Positions 47,410 to 59,666 of a stretch of 64,000 nucleotides of DNA are shown here, piece by piece; within the stretch, counting starts at the first letter, position 1; each line of letters opens with the position of its first letter. Below the pieces are notes generated by a model. It did no database searches. It saw only the letters and a list, made by a program, of their open reading frames with translations, and was not told where the DNA came from. The translations under genes were made by a program, and so were the position numbers. Source of the DNA: the human T2T-CHM13v2.0 reference genome, Homo sapiens; NCBI RefSeq assembly GCF_009914755.1, contig NC_060929.1. One strand, written 5' to 3'.

Positions 47410-49230
47410 AATTAGGTATGCTAGATACAAAGCATATTTTGATTTTACCAAGACACTTAAAATATCTTTTGATAGCTCTGCAATCAACTTGAAAGAATAA
47501 GGATTTTGCAGCAACTGTTCTCCAAGGTTGAACAACTGGTCTCAAAGTTTCCTGTGTAATGGGCTGGTGGCACAATAGAAGAAGGGTTCTAGAGGTGTGG
47601 CAGGAAAATCTGTCCTTGCTCTGAATAATATTGACATGTCAGGAGCTGACACGACGGCCAGGCTGGTCATATTAAAATAAGGAAGCAGCCTCCCCACCTG
47701 GAAAGAACACAGACTCTGGAATCAGAAAAATCAGATTGTGAATTCTGGCTCCCCCCACTTATTATTTATGTGATTTGGGACTAAACAATTAGTCTCTGGG
47801 GTTCAATTTCCTTATCGGTATAACCATTTTCTGTGAGGAAAAGACCTTTTGAGCACTATTTAGTATAGGCACACAGAAAGTGTTCAAAAGGTGATACTAT
47901 CAAATCAACAAATGGTACAAAGCTGGCAGTAGGAGTGCTGTATTATAGAATTAAGGTTTAAGATTATTATGATATAATAGAAAGATGAGCTAAGATAGTG
48001 ATAAATATTATAGAAGGAAGAAAAAATAAAATCCTATAGTTAAGATTTTTTTGGGGGTGGTTTGTTTTAAATTAAATTGTACCAGCATAGAAGGGGAACA
48101 TCCTGGCCTAACAGCAGCTTACGTGAAAAAAGTTTCTGAAAGCTTGAATGGCAGGGTGTTTGCCATGGAGACAATAGTAAGTCATAGATGCATATGTTCC
48201 GTAAAAGTCCAAAAAATTAAGTAACATAATGCACTTCGCCATGGTCATATCCCATCTGAAGCAACATATTCAGTTCTGGGCACTGTATTTTGAGAAAAAT
48301 ATTTACAAAATATGTAATATAATATAACCTGAAAAGGAAATCAGGATGGTAAAATGCTCATACAAGAGAAGACTGAAGAAGCTAGGAATAATAAGGGTAA
48401 GAAAGAAATTTAGGGAGAATGAGATAATTGCCCTCATACATGTAACGGGCATTAAAATTGAAGAGTAATAGTAATAACTAATATGTACTGAATACTACTG
48501 TGCAAAGTAGTCACCATTATCCTTATTTTGTACAGGAGAAAACTGAGGTACCCAGAGGCTAAGTTACATGCTTACAGTCATATAACTAGTAAAGGTTGGG
48601 ACAGATTTCACTCCATTAATTCATCTCTAGATCTGGGAGAGATATTAGAGCTATTTGCCAAATATTTCTAGTCTTACAGGATCATGGCAAGATTGTATTC
48701 CACCAGTTGCTTTGAAGCTGAGTATAGACATGGTTTTCGGCCAATGAAATGTGAGCACACATCATGTTCATTACTTCAGCAAGGAATTAAGTGTGTATAC
48801 AATTTGCCACATACTATACACAGATGTGTAGAGATGGAGCCTCCATCAAGTTAGGCACAATAATGAATAGAGCTTCCCTGTTGACTCACACTGGACAAAT
48901 AGGAGCAAGAAATATGTTGTTATGTTTTTTATTAAGCTGCTGAGAGTTGGGGGTTGTTTGTTACTATGGCATCACCCAGCCTTTTCTGACAGATACAAGA
49001 GTGCACATACCTAAAAATCATTAAAATGTCTCATAATAAGGAAATATATTTACCCTTATATTTCCAAAGGTCAGAACTAAGAATAATTTGTAGAAACTAC
49101 AGGTAGGTAGATTTGGGCTTAATTTTTTTTTTTTTTAAGTAAAGTTGTCCAAAAAGTTGCTTCATGAGGTAGTGAGCTCCCTGACAATGGTTGTATTTAA
49201 GCAGAGGCCAGATGATCATTTTGCCAGCTA
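47410..49230 (+). mobile_element. L3/CR1 fragments interrupted by MIR and MLT1
   Basis: CCCATCTGAAGCAACATATTCAGTTCTGGGCAC resembles CR1 RPHLEYCVQFWAP; GAGGTAGTGAGCTCCCTG...TTTAAGCAGAGG is an L3 3' end. Confidence 0.6.
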
Positions 49231-50949
49231 TGTGGCAAAACAGATGGTTTAATTAAGGAGGTTTAGTGTATCAAACATTTATTGAGCACCTCCAATGTGC
49301 CAAGCATTCTAGCCACATAGATAAATCCAAATACACAATCTCTACCCTCAAGGAAATAAACAACAAGTTCAGAACTTGATAACCTCCGTGGTCTCTTCTA
49401 ACAGTGTGATTCAACCAAATTAGAGATAATAACATGGCCTGGATGAAGCAGATGGCAAGCCCAAACTTACAAATGACTATGTAGCACTAGAAATCCTGCT
49501 GATGCCTAGGTTGTATTATTATTTCTCAATTAGTAGCCAAAAGTATAGGGTTTGCAAAAGGGAGGAAAACGGGAGAATTGCTAGGTTTAAAGGAGGAATA
49601 TTTTCCCTTTCTCTAGTTACCATTCTTAAATCTTGCAAACCCAGCATATTATCTGGCTTACATCAGGGGTGTTTCAGCAAAGGGAATAGCACTGACTCAC
49701 AGCAATTGTTACCGACCTTTTCCATCACTACTCCCGCCCGTTCCAGTCAGGAAGGGAACATTTCAATATGGACAAGTCAGACATGAAGAAAGGAATAACC
49801 TTTCTATAGGGTTCTTCTTCAGTTTAGATATCAACCAAAACATTTGCAAAATATCAGAAGTTTTCCCTAAAACGTTGGTAAGCAAGGGCTTAGGGGAATC
49901 ACGCACTAAAAGGATGATGTGAAAATCACAAACTAAATGAATGATTTCAGAGGAAGCCGACATTGTTTTCCAAGTGGTACCCTTGAACAGCACTAACTTC
50001 AGCACTTATTTTCCCTGGTGGTCTTAGTAGTCAAAGGTTGGTTGGTTGGTTTGTCTAAACTTTCAAAAATCAAACAGTGAACAGAGATGCTGTTCTTTCA
50101 CTAGCTCATTGCATTTTAATGGAAAAACAACTAAAACCTGAATAAGCATTAACTGTAATTGCTCTGAGGCAGACATTTCCATTTCAGGTTGTTATTCCTA
50201 ACCATATTAGTGCAGAATAATACATGCGGATGGATTTTGCGGCCATTACCTAGACAAGGGTGAGGGCATCTGATTATTATTATTCCCCAACTGAAAGCTT
50301 CAGTTTGAACTCTGAAGTCTCCAGCCCTGCCAGGCCCTGCATTTTCTGAACTACATCTCTGAGTCTCTGTGAAATAGACACATAAATCAGGGCAAGCTAG
50401 ATTTCAATGCCATCCCTTCAGTCAGTTCAGTGTGACATAAGTTTCTCAAAAATACACATACAGAAGAAATTGGCTTTGGCACATTTAAGAGCAGCAGGGA
50501 ATTTGCATCTCATGCTAGTTTAATGTGCACTCTTAATACTCTCGTCTATTTTCTAAAATATAATGCTATTCTTGCAGAGGCAGCTGGACCCCTGTAATAC
50601 CCAGTCTTGTGCCAAGCTATGTACACAAATACACTCTTTACAAACACAGATGTGAAATGCCGTGCTAAGACACAAGCGAGGCATAGAGAGAGATTCGCGT
50701 GTTTAGTCTAGAGGCTCCACACCCAAAAGTTTCAGGGACAGAGCTGATGTTTGAAGACTGAGAGGGGAGACCGCCCCTCCAGTACTTTCATCCGGGCACT
50801 ATGGAGATGACCCCCATATTCCCAGCATCACTTTGCCCTCTGCCGTGGTGACCCGGGTTGAGATTTAATCTAGGGCCAGAGAGGGGCAAGACAATTGTGC
50901 TGTTGGCTACTAGAGAGAAGAGCTGGAAATCACTAAGCCTTCCCGGGCT

Positions 50950-52050
50950 GACACACCCACCCAGACCGGATGGCCCAGGAGTGCGGCGAGGAGGCAGGGG
51001 CAAAGGACGCGGCTCCAGGCAGGGGAACCCGGGCATCCCTTCCGCGCTTGCACGAAGATGCTGCAAGTGGCGACACGCGCGAATCCAGGGTCTGGGCTAG
51101 GAAGTCGCGCTACGCTCAGTGGAGGATGACCCTTTCCTCCTCCTTGTCCCCCAGCCCCGTGCAAAGTGAGCTGGAGAAAGTTGTGCCCGGGCCATGGCGG
51201 CCAGGGCTGGAGAAAGGAACGAAGGCAAGGAGGGAAGTGACCCGGGGCCCCCTTACCTTGTCCTTGGGGCCGAGGTTCTGCAACACCTCTTTGCCGGTGG
51301 CGCTCCGGATCTCTACCCCGGCGGGGGCGGGGGAGGCGGGCGCGGGCTCCCTGCTCTCTTCCCGGCCTTGGCCCCTGCGCGGGGTGTCCCCCTCGATCCC
51401 GGGCCGACTCCCCGATCCTCGGTCGCTGCCCTGGCCGCTCCGAGGAGTCTTCGCGCCCCGCTGCCCCACGCTGAGGGCATCGAAATCCAGCGTCTTGCTC
51501 TCGAAGGCGCCCTCCACGTTGCAGAACATGCCGCCGTATTTCTGCCGCGGGACCTGGTCCGTGGTGCCCGGCCTGGCCAGGTACACGGGCAGATCGTCTT
51601 CGTGGGAGCTGTCCCAGCCCCTCCGGCCCGAGGCCATGGTTCAAGCACGAAAGCGGCCCGCGGGTTTTTCTTCCCCAGAGGCGGAAAGGGCAGCCGCCGG
51701 CAGCGTGCGCCGAGCCACAGTGACTGTGGCGGGAGGAGGCGCCTGAGCCTTCGCGCCAGAGGCGGCAGTGCTGCTCCGATTCCTGCTTGTCCCTAGCGAG
51801 CCAGCGAGCCACACAGCCAGCTAGCGCGCGGAGCAGGGGCCCAGAGTAGCGCCGCGCTTGGCTCACTCGCTGGACCTCTCGCCCGGCCGCACCTCCTCAC
51901 GCACCCCCAACCCTAACGTGGCCTCCCGGGCTGACGCAGCGTCGGTGCCCATCACAATCACAAACCAAACTTGGCGCGCGCGCACACGCACACACAGGCG
52001 CACACTGCCCGCTCGCGCAACAGCCTTGCCTCACACACTTTCGCGCAATT
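50950..52050 (-). promoter_or_regulatory. DPYSL3: CpG island promoter and 5' UTR of the DPYSL3 long isoform
   Basis: The only strongly GC- and CpG-rich non-Alu stretch in the window; it surrounds the ATG exon. No upstream ATG on the minus strand between 51638 and ~51900. TSS is inferred to lie roughly 51800-51950 and is not determined. Confidence 0.85.
51257..51637 (-). CDS. DPYSL3: First coding exon of the long isoform of dihydropyrimidinase-related protein 3 (CRMP4 long, 127-aa unique N-terminus)
   Basis: Translation MASGRRGWDSSHEDDLPVYLARPGTTDQVPRQKYGGMFCNVEGAFESKTLDFDAL...EVLQNLGPKDK matches the recalled long CRMP4 N-terminus. Start context ACCATGG; 381 nt (phase 0) ending at AAG|GTAAGG (GT at 51256-51255); lies in a CpG island. 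Confidence 0.96.
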
Positions 52051-52513
52051 TAGACGTCTTAGAAATGTTCACACTCCAGCACTTGACTGCTTCACCCACA
52101 CTAACTCCCTAGTTTGCCTCACAAACACAAAGCTTTCTGACGTCCCTCGTGCACAAAAACCCAGCTGACCCAGGTGGATTCATCTCAAAGCCAAGTCCTG
52201 ATTTACAACTAACACATACAAACTCAAATTTACGACAGACTCACAATCCTACCCGGAACCCCGGACTTGCCTCATCCTGATCTTTAGGGTGACACTCATA
52301 ACTACACCCAGTTCTAGAATCTGCCTTGCAAACCCACACTCTCACATGAAGTCCTGAATTGGCTTACACACACAACACAAACACACACTGAGAGAGAAGC
52401 CCTCTTACTTCATTGAGAGTCACAAAAGCCCTTTGGCTCACATAAGCCCTTTCTTAGCTTCTATATAATATCCTAGTTTGCTTTTTACCACCCCTAATTT
52501 GCCTCATTTCAGA

Positions 52514-52514
<1 letters not shown>

Positions 52515-52550
<36 letters not shown>
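52515..52550. repeat. (CA)n microsatellite upstream of the DPYSL3 promoter
   Basis: Direct read, about 18 units. Confidence 0.95.
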
Positions 52551-52551
<1 letters not shown>

Positions 52552-53608
52552 TCTTAGGTTTTGCCTTGCAAAGCACTCTTCATTAATGCTCTGTCCCTCA
52601 TACAACAAACCCCAGATTTTAATCTCACACACTGACACAAGTCCAGGTTTACCTCAGTCGGAACCGACACTTAGATTCACACCTAAGCCCAGATTTACTT
52701 CAAAAATCACACAACCAAAGACTTTGCTTTTCATGTTACCTCAGATGTATGCAGACTTTACTTATGTACATCTGTGCTTTCATAACCTCATTCTCTTCCC
52801 CACGTCCACCCACGTATACTCTGACGCCGACTCTGCCACATAAACAGAACCTGCAAACTACATACCTTACATCATATCTGCACACACCACCTAAACCCAA
52901 AACCTGTTGTGCCGGATTTAACTGTGCTCCCTCTCAGAAAGTCACCCATTTATTTATTTAGTCAACCAACATAAATCAGGTACCCACTATGGCTTTCACA
53001 AGATGCTGGAGCAACAGTGTCGAACAAGAGAGATCGGCCTGTCCTCACCAAGAATGTAGTCTATTACCACCCATCTAGGTAGCACAGCCGTTCACTGTTC
53101 TGCTCAACTTACAGAACTTTGTTTATTTTGTGAACTAAACACTCCCCCTCCCAAGTATGGACACATACATGCTAAGCTCCATAAAGGCAGAGATCTGGTC
53201 TGTTCAGTTCACCTTTGTATATCTTGTGCCCAGAACATCTACAGGCACTTGATACATTCTTTTTGAACAAATGGAGGATAACAATAACAACGACAGCAGC
53301 ACCAGAAAATGTTTATGGAGTTATTGCTATGTGCCAGTCATTATTATAATTGTTTCACATATATTAACTCATTTAATGCTCATAAGCATATGGCCGGCTT
53401 CTTTGTGCGCATAGACATACTCTTTGAAGGCATCCACATAGAATTTGATGAAATTAACCTTTGAACTCTGATTTTGGAGTGGAACAAAGGCTCCGGAAAC
53501 TGGAATGTCAGTCTCAGGTCTGTGACAGCCACAAAATATTGAGGAATGGAAGTTGGCCTGAACTTAGATCAAAGACAGGTATGTTGACACAATTTAAACC
53601 TATCCCCT

Positions 53609-53914
53609 GGCCAGGCGCAGTGGCTCACACCTGTAATCCCAACACTTTGGGAGGCTGAAGCAGGTAGATCACCTCAGGTCAGGAGTTCAAGATCAGCCTG
53701 GCCAACATGGTGAAACCCAATCTCTACTAAAAATGTAAAAAATAGCCGGGCGTGGTGGCACCCGCCTGTAGTCCCACCTACTTGGGAGGAGGCTGAGGCA
53801 GGAGAATTGCTTGAACTCAGGAGGTGGAGGTTGCAGTGAGCAGAGATTGCGGCACTGGGCTCAAGCCTAGGCGACAGAGCAAAATTCCACACAAAACAAC
53901 AACAACAACAACAA
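53609..53914 (+). mobile_element. AluSx-like with (CAA)n tail
   Basis: Full dimer; TSD AACC(T/CA)ATCCCC. Confidence 0.93.
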
Positions 53915-54181
53915 CCCAATCCCCAGTGAAGAGAAAGCCACTTGCTAAACTGCCTGTGCTCTATCAGAATTATTTATGACTTCTTAAGCTGACTTCCTTT
54001 GGGCAGCTGCTCCTTCTTAACAAATGCTGGTTGGTGATGGACTCAGAATTTCCTGTGAGTGCTGCTTCAGAACAATTACAGTTAAGGGTTATCCAGGTTT
54101 TATTAGTTTCAGGCTCTGCGCTAAGGACATCCAGGCAGTATCTTAATTAATCTTAATAACCTTACCTGTCTGGTACTAGCA

Positions 54182-54483
54182 TTTCTTTTTGTTTGAGACA
54201 GCATCTCCCATTTGAGACAGATGGGAAAGGCAGGAGTGCAGTGGCCCGATCACAGCCCATGGCAGCCTTGACCCCTGGGGCTCAAACAATCCTCCTACTT
54301 CAGCCTCCTGAGTAGCTGCGACCACAGGGGTGTGCCACCATGCCCAGCTAAACTTGTATTTTTTTCAGAAACAGAGTTTCACCATGTTGCCCAGGCTGGT
54401 CTTGAACTCCTGAGCCCAAGCCATCTGCCCACCTTGGCCCCCCAAAGTACTGGGATTACAGAAGTGAGCCACTGCACCTGGCC
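54182..54483 (-). mobile_element. AluJ
   Basis: Diverged reverse dimer with a rearranged 3' end. Confidence 0.9.
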
Positions 54484-55787
54484 TATTATTTCTTTTCTAC
54501 TAATGAGGAAGCAGAGGCTCTGAATGAATGTCCAAGTTACAAAAGAGTCATAACTTGAAGGAGGATACGTGCAGAGTCTGTTTACTTTGAGAGAGGGCAC
54601 ATTCTGAATGTAGACACACACTTTTATGTGCATATTTGCATGGGAACATGGGCATACAAACAGAACTTCGTAGTTGTACGTGAGCCCCATTGTTATAGCT
54701 GCATTGCCTCACCACTATGTCTGATGCAGTGTATAGGCACAATAATTACATTTGTTGACAAAGTATCACATTTAAAAGTAACAGTTACATGTACACATAT
54801 GTGTTTAATTAAGAAAGTACAGCAGCCTATTAAAATTTTAGAAAGACTAAAATGGGAATGGCTGATCTGGCTCCAGTTCTGCAACTATGTGGCTTTAGGC
54901 AAATGTCTGGCTTAACCTATTTGTGTTTTTCTCCTTTATGTTTGCCTCCCACTGAATAGAATTATTATGGACTTCATTCCTGGAGCAAGCCATTGTGCTT
55001 AGAATTTCATAAACATTGCCTTAACCTTCATAAGAACCCCATAAATCTGAAGTGATGATTATTTCCATTTTATCCATGGAGAAAATGAGCCTTAGTGAAG
55101 TTGAGTTCTTTCCCTGAAGTATCAGTTAGTACTTCAAACTGGAATTCAAACTTCCCACTAGCTGATTCAGACAGAACTTGTGCTCTTAAAAAAACACCCA
55201 TAATAGATCGCTGTCATGAGGATCCAGAGAAGTAATAAATGGGAAGCCCAAAGTTAAGGTGTTATGGAATGAAATATCCCTAAATGCCCCAGTTGTTCTT
55301 GGACAGAAGTTAACTTTGGTTAAGGCAAACACTCACATAAGGAAATATCAGACCACTCGACTCCAAGCAAAGGTATTAGCCCCATGAACACATGGCAATT
55401 TTGTCATGTCCCTTTCTAGTAAGACAGAGGATACATTACTTGTGACAATCACAAACACAAGAGCAACAGTATGTCTATAGATACTGTAAGTCAGACTACC
55501 CAGGGAAGGGGTTATCTAAAACAATATACAAACAGCAAACTATTTCTGTAATGTGGGCAAGAAAATAGTGCTTTGAACTTGTCACACGCCAAATCAAATT
55601 TGCATTTCCTGTAACTGAAGTAAATCATATGGCACTTTGTATTGAGATGACTTGTGATGTGAGCACATAGCATATCCGATTATAACTCTAGGAAAACGTA
55701 TTCCGGAGGCATCTTCTATTACCTCTAGATCAGCAGAAGGCAGAAACTCCTCCCCAGAAAGCAATGATATGCACCAAGCAATCCTGA

Positions 55788-56128
<341 letters not shown>

Positions 56129-59100
56129 CACATTGCATTCTTATAAGGCAAAGTCTACCCAACAGGAGATAAAATTTTAGTTCTCACTAAGGTTATGCCT
56201 CTATCCTCAAAATAAGAAGAAAATAGAGGAGTTATACAGTTTACCTTATCAGTTAATTTAAATAATTCTAATAAAAACCTACCCTCCTTCTTTTCTTTCT
56301 TTGAGTTGCAGGAATTTGAACCTACATTATGTTGTCCCAATTTTGATGGACATGGAGATTAGAAATCTAATTTTTCATGGAGAGATGCCATATATAAATA
56401 AGGCAGTGTTTGCAAAATGTTCAGCATTCTGCCTGGCATACAGTAGGTGCCCAATAAATATTAGTCTCTCATTTCCTAAAAGTATAGATATATTATTAAT
56501 ATCACAGAGACTTTGCAATGAGCTTGATGGTGCCCTGTAACTTTAACTTTGCAGGATTTTATGGAACAAGTTGATACTGTAATAATGCTGGATATGTATG
56601 TTAAAAATGACTGTCATTTTCCATATACCTCCATCATACCCTATGAATTTTCCTGGCAGGCCACTATTTAATTTCAGCTCAATATTTGGTGAACAAAGTG
56701 TTAATTCTGACAAAGCCACATTTAAGGCAATAGTTACAAACCTAAAACCTAAAAACAAGTTATATTCAAATATATGCACAATGTTAAAACAATATTATAA
56801 AATATTTTCAATAATGTTAATTGTACATGCAGAAAAAATCTGCTTTTATAAAAATATATACATGTAGGGGAAAAACCTACAAGAATATATATCAAAATAT
56901 TAGCAGAGTGTAACTCATAGGATTACAGGTAAGTTTTAGTTTCTTCCTTCATGCATTTCTATATTTTTCAAAGTCTTTATAGTAAGTGTGAGTTACATTT
57001 ATAATCATAAAGAATGTTATTTTTAAATATGTGTCCAGGATGTTGTTTTAGATAGAAATTTATTTACTGAGCATGGTAAAAATTGCCAATGGAAAATTAT
57101 TGACCCAAGCTTTTATCTCGCTACTCGATTAGGCAGATATATTATCTAAAGTGAAAAACAAAAATAAAATAAAATCAGGCCTCTCATTAGAGTCAAATTG
57201 TCACCTCGTGCAAAGTATTTCAGCAGCTGGACAGCTGAGTGGGAAAATGCTCATTATGGCGAGAGTGTGAAATGAGGGCTTACAAATGTCCTCGAAGTAA
57301 ATCCTTTCCACGAAAGGATTAGTTAATAGGACATGACATAATCACCTTCCTGGTGGGGAGTTGTTGGGGTTTCCTTCCCAATTTTACACACTGAGCATCT
57401 CTCTTTGATTTTAACATTCTCAAATGTTCGAAAGCCAGTTCCAAAAACAGAATTTTCTTTGGCCCTAAGTGGGAAGAAGATAAATTTTAAAGTAGCTGCA
57501 GACCGATACAATAATAGAGATATTCATTTCAAATGCTCTAATCCTCTAGTTTCCTTGATGCAGGCTCACAGGTACAATTTAATCTCCTAAATGAAAATCT
57601 CTAAGTAAGGGCCAGATGATAAAGCGAGTTACAGGATGTAACAGGAAAAAAAAAAAAAAAAAAAAGCCAAGCCTATAACTTGTCCCACCTCTTTGCCAAT
57701 CAAAATGGCTCAAATGTTTCCAAGATTTTTTAAATGTACCGTTATTTTTCCAGTTATTGTTTATGTTTTTTGCCCATTTACAAAACATTCTTTTTGGTTT
57801 TACATTATTTTTATAACAATCTCATCCTGATTATTTAAAATAAAATAATTCTCTCTTACCTGTTACTATTCAAAGATAAAAATAACAATAACATATTCCT
57901 TGTTTATCACTCCCTTCCTTCCTCCCTCCCTCCCTTCCTTCCTTTTCAATGACAATTTGAAAGTCCAGAAAAGCAGAGAGTAGTTTAGCAAATGCCCATG
58001 TACTCACAGTCTAGTTAACTTTTCATCATATTTTCATGTTTTTAGCTAATAAAATATTACAGAGTTCAGATATTCTTGATACCGCTTTCCTTTTCTCTTT
58101 TTCTTGTTCTCTCTGAATAACAACCACTAACCTATATTAATTATTCACATTTTTCTAAAGTTTGCTATCTATTGGAAACTGATCCGTTAATTTGGATTTT
58201 TAAGCTTGTTTTCCTTACCAAATAAATTATTGTCTTAGTTTAATTATTTGCATTTGAGACTAACCCTTGGCCAATAATGATGTACAGAAGTCCTTCACTC
58301 CTGGAAAGCTGAGGCTTACAACAATAACATTAGGTTTTCCCCTCCTAAAATAAAAGTAATCATAGTTCATATCAGGGCAGAAATTCAATCCAAATTCTAA
58401 AAGATGTGTCTTCAGAACTCTGTGCTTCTTAATCAACCAATAGTGTGTTTGAGACAGGCTAGAAAGCCAACTATTTTTCTTTTATTGGGAATATTGTTGT
58501 TACTATGAACCTTAAGTGGCTCAAGAAACTTAGATTTAACCTTTAAAAGGATACCTTTGATTTTAGTATTCCCTTGAGACTAAACTAAGTAATGCACAAA
58601 GAAAGGTAGTCAAGTAAGATGACAGTCTGAAAAGAGAAGCTCCTTTCATTCCAGACAGAAACTTGCTGACTCCAGAGATTAGGGCACATCCTGGCTCCAA
58701 TATAAGCGGCAAACAGGCCAGGGTACAAATGACAAATACTGAAAGATATGAGAGGAAAAAATTGAAACATGGCGAATAATTCTTTCATTGAGAATTTTTT
58801 GGTTATGCATACATTCAGAAAACATAAATGCATTGATAATGACTTTTTAACCCAATGCTTTTGTCTGATTTTATTTTATGGTTAATAAATAATTCCCTGT
58901 CCAGGCAGCTCCCTGGAATGCCTTATTCCTCCAGATCTTTCCTAATTAAGATGAAGGGATAGGAAATAGGATCCCTTCAATGTTTCCAAGCTTTTAGAAT
59001 AAATTTATATTGGATACATGAAGGAAATATGTTCAGACAATTAGTCCAATTGTGTAGCTCCACTTTCCATGTCTTATTAAGAAATAGCACAGTATTTATG

Positions 59101-59666
59101 TGGAATGAATGAGAAAAGCATGGGATCAGAAGTCGGAAAATCTGGACCAGAATTCTGAGTCCACCACTAACTGAGTGAATTTGGGGGAACTACACAAGCT
59201 CTTTATTTCTCTTCCCTTATCAACAAAATGAAAATAAAAAGCTGTGGTACTGAAAACAATGTAAGATGTTTTATGCCAGGTTCTAACTGTTCTTCACAAA
59301 TGTTGTTTTATTTGCTTCAGAGCCTGGCCCCAATTTCTGTGATCAACAGGTAAGCAATAAACACATGTTGAATTAGTGTTATCTGGAATTTTTGTTTTTC
59401 AGTGGTAGAACTCTATGTAGTATGTAGGGAATGATTACTAATCAGTCTTAGGTGTTACCAAAGTTAAAAATGTATTTTGGGAAACCAAATCAGATTACCT
59501 TCTATTCTAATCGTAAAGCTCTTAGACATTTGTCCCCTGAAGACACCCTTAGACAAAAGATGTAGCCAAATGTATGTATAAAACTTACATAAAAATATAC
59601 TAAAAATAATAAGATACAAATATATTTTTAAATGATTAATTTTTTAGCAGAGCTCATATTAGAATT

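Noticed and set aside
51714-51730. Iron-responsive element (CAGTG loop)
   Set aside because: CAGTGA is on the non-mRNA strand; the mRNA reads CAGUCA and the stem geometry does not fit an IRE.
50910-51866. Long overlapping ORFs (318, 258, 200 and 111 aa) around the DPYSL3 exon
   Set aside because: Expected shadow ORFs of stop-poor GC-rich DNA; several begin at non-ATG codons; Arg/Gly/Pro-rich with no recognisable domain.
57646-57665. Orphan poly(A) tracts (also poly(T) at 758-772) as processed pseudogene tails
   Set aside because: No TSD or recognisable retrocopied sequence adjacent.
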